Below are positions 62,709-64,000 of a stretch of DNA of 64,000 nucleotides, in pieces (the first letter of the stretch is position 1; every line of letters starts with the position of its first letter). A program made the position numbers and the translations under genes. The stretch is from positions 248,001-312,000 of the forward strand of contig JAAILG010000001.1 in assembly GCA_012026655.1 (NCBI GenBank), in the 5' to 3' direction. Source of the stretch: Hydrolagus affinis. Taxonomy: Eukaryota. The notes beneath the pieces were generated by a model, which was given only the letters and a program-made list of their open reading frames with translations, was not told where the DNA came from and made no database searches.

Positions 62709-63514
62709 TCTGAAAGCAAAGGTAAAAAAAAATGTGTTTTAATGTCTGGACACCAGACATTATTTGTCCACATCCTATTTGTCCACATCAAATACACCCT
62801 GCAGGATACCTAGCATTTTTGCACTTTTCAGCCAGAAAATCCCTGTTCGGGTGACATATGTGCCAGGTTGGTCTTTGGCCGATTGCCGTTACAATGAGTG
62901 GTGATTGGCAACCTTCCTGGTTCTGGATGCTGATCCCAACACGGTTACATTATAAAGTTAATACCCGCTGGCCACGAGCCCTGGCTGGTGCTGAACCTTT
63001 TAATGGCATTCGAGCGCCAGATTCACATCAAGGACTAAGAAGGACGGCAATCAACAATCACAGTAACAGTAGCCAGCCAAAGACAAACCCATTGGATAGT
63101 TAACCGAGCACATCTTTCTTGGCTGGAAGACTTGTAATAGCAGGTCTCCAGCAGCCTGTGTTTTGATGGGTACAAATGGGACAATCTTCTCTCAGGGATA
63201 AACCATTTTAAAACATTTTTTTTACACTCTTTCTCAAAGGAATACTTAATATTAAAGTGCTCACCACCCCACCCACACCGGTGACATTCCACCTTAACCT
63301 GACCCTGTGGAATACCCTGGAATCTTTATTGTTAGCAAATAACTACTGCGAGCAGCACTGTAAGGAATTTGATAATTAACTAAAGCCATGTTCAATCCAT
63401 CTAAATTTTGCTGCATCTACTCCACCTGTGGTACCATAGAGGCATGGTGTGGCAGAAAGCTATGCTCTTGTATGGCGTTCCATTCAAACCATTGAAGCAC
63501 AAAATATTTTGTGG

Positions 63515-63702
63515 GGCGAAACAAGTAATCCCCAAAATAAAATTGATCATTTGTTTCTTGGTTGTTTGTGGGAATATGGCTGTGCACATTTACCCTGCCA
63601 CATTGGCCTACAAATACTCACTTCATTTTGCAATAATTCCTGCAAAGCTTTGAGACGTCCTTCTGACATAATAAGGCAACTGTACTATATGCAATTATTA
63701 TT
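63515..63702 (+). mobile_element. DeuSINE 3' half
   Basis: ttgatcattt...gttgtttgtgggaatatggctgtgcac...gctttgagacgtcc...atatgcaattatta. Confidence 0.7.
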
Positions 63703-63919
63703 AGATAAATGCTCATCAAGTTATTTGACACTGAAAACAATTTAGGCTGAAAATTTCAGTTAGTCTCAGGCTGTAGATCCGTTATGTATTAAAAGTAAAT
63801 ATTGCCCGGAATTGTGGAAAATCAATCATATAGTTTTAATTTGGAAGTCAGTTTCTTTTTAAGAGCTGCAGAAAAGCAGCTTGCAAATTGAGACCTAATC
63901 AAAGCATTTTCTTCAATTT

Positions 63920-64000
63920 AGGTCGTAGCACTATTTCCTCTGAGTTAGAAGGTTGTGCTTTGAATGTCTCATCCAAAGAGTGGCATCTCAGTAATGCAGA
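63920..64000. mobile_element. DeuSINE head (+) abutting an inverted Deu block (-), cut by the window edge
   Basis: gtagcactatttcctctgagttagaaggttgtg, then tttgaatgtctcatccaaagagtggcatctcagtaatgcag. Confidence 0.5.

Overview
AT-rich, non-coding vertebrate DNA. The repeat complement (a tRNA-headed Deu-domain SINE with an L2-type tail, L2 and CR1 LINE 3' fragments, PIF/Harbinger relics) points to a cartilaginous fish, most likely a holocephalan such as Callorhinchus (inference). I find no intact protein-coding gene, tRNA, rRNA or CRISPR array; the listed ORFs are chance frames, TE relics or frames that run through Ns. The window reads as a long intron or gene desert. The main anomaly is a ~10 kb island (19.4-29.1 kb) with no recognisable SINE/LINE. 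It holds all four N runs (220, 164, 212 and 140 nt) and a cluster of splice signals on both strands: overlapping sense/antisense exon candidates, a possible 15-nt microexon and a possible recursive AG|GT site. Other notable items are a degenerate ACTAAC/CTTATTGA array at 43.3-43.7 kb, LF-SINE-like and MamSINE1-like ancient SINEs, and a convergent Myb + transposase Harbinger fossil. I cannot name the host locus and cannot demonstrate a new biological system from sequence alone. Repeat family names come from recalled consensus motifs, and repeat boundaries are approximate.
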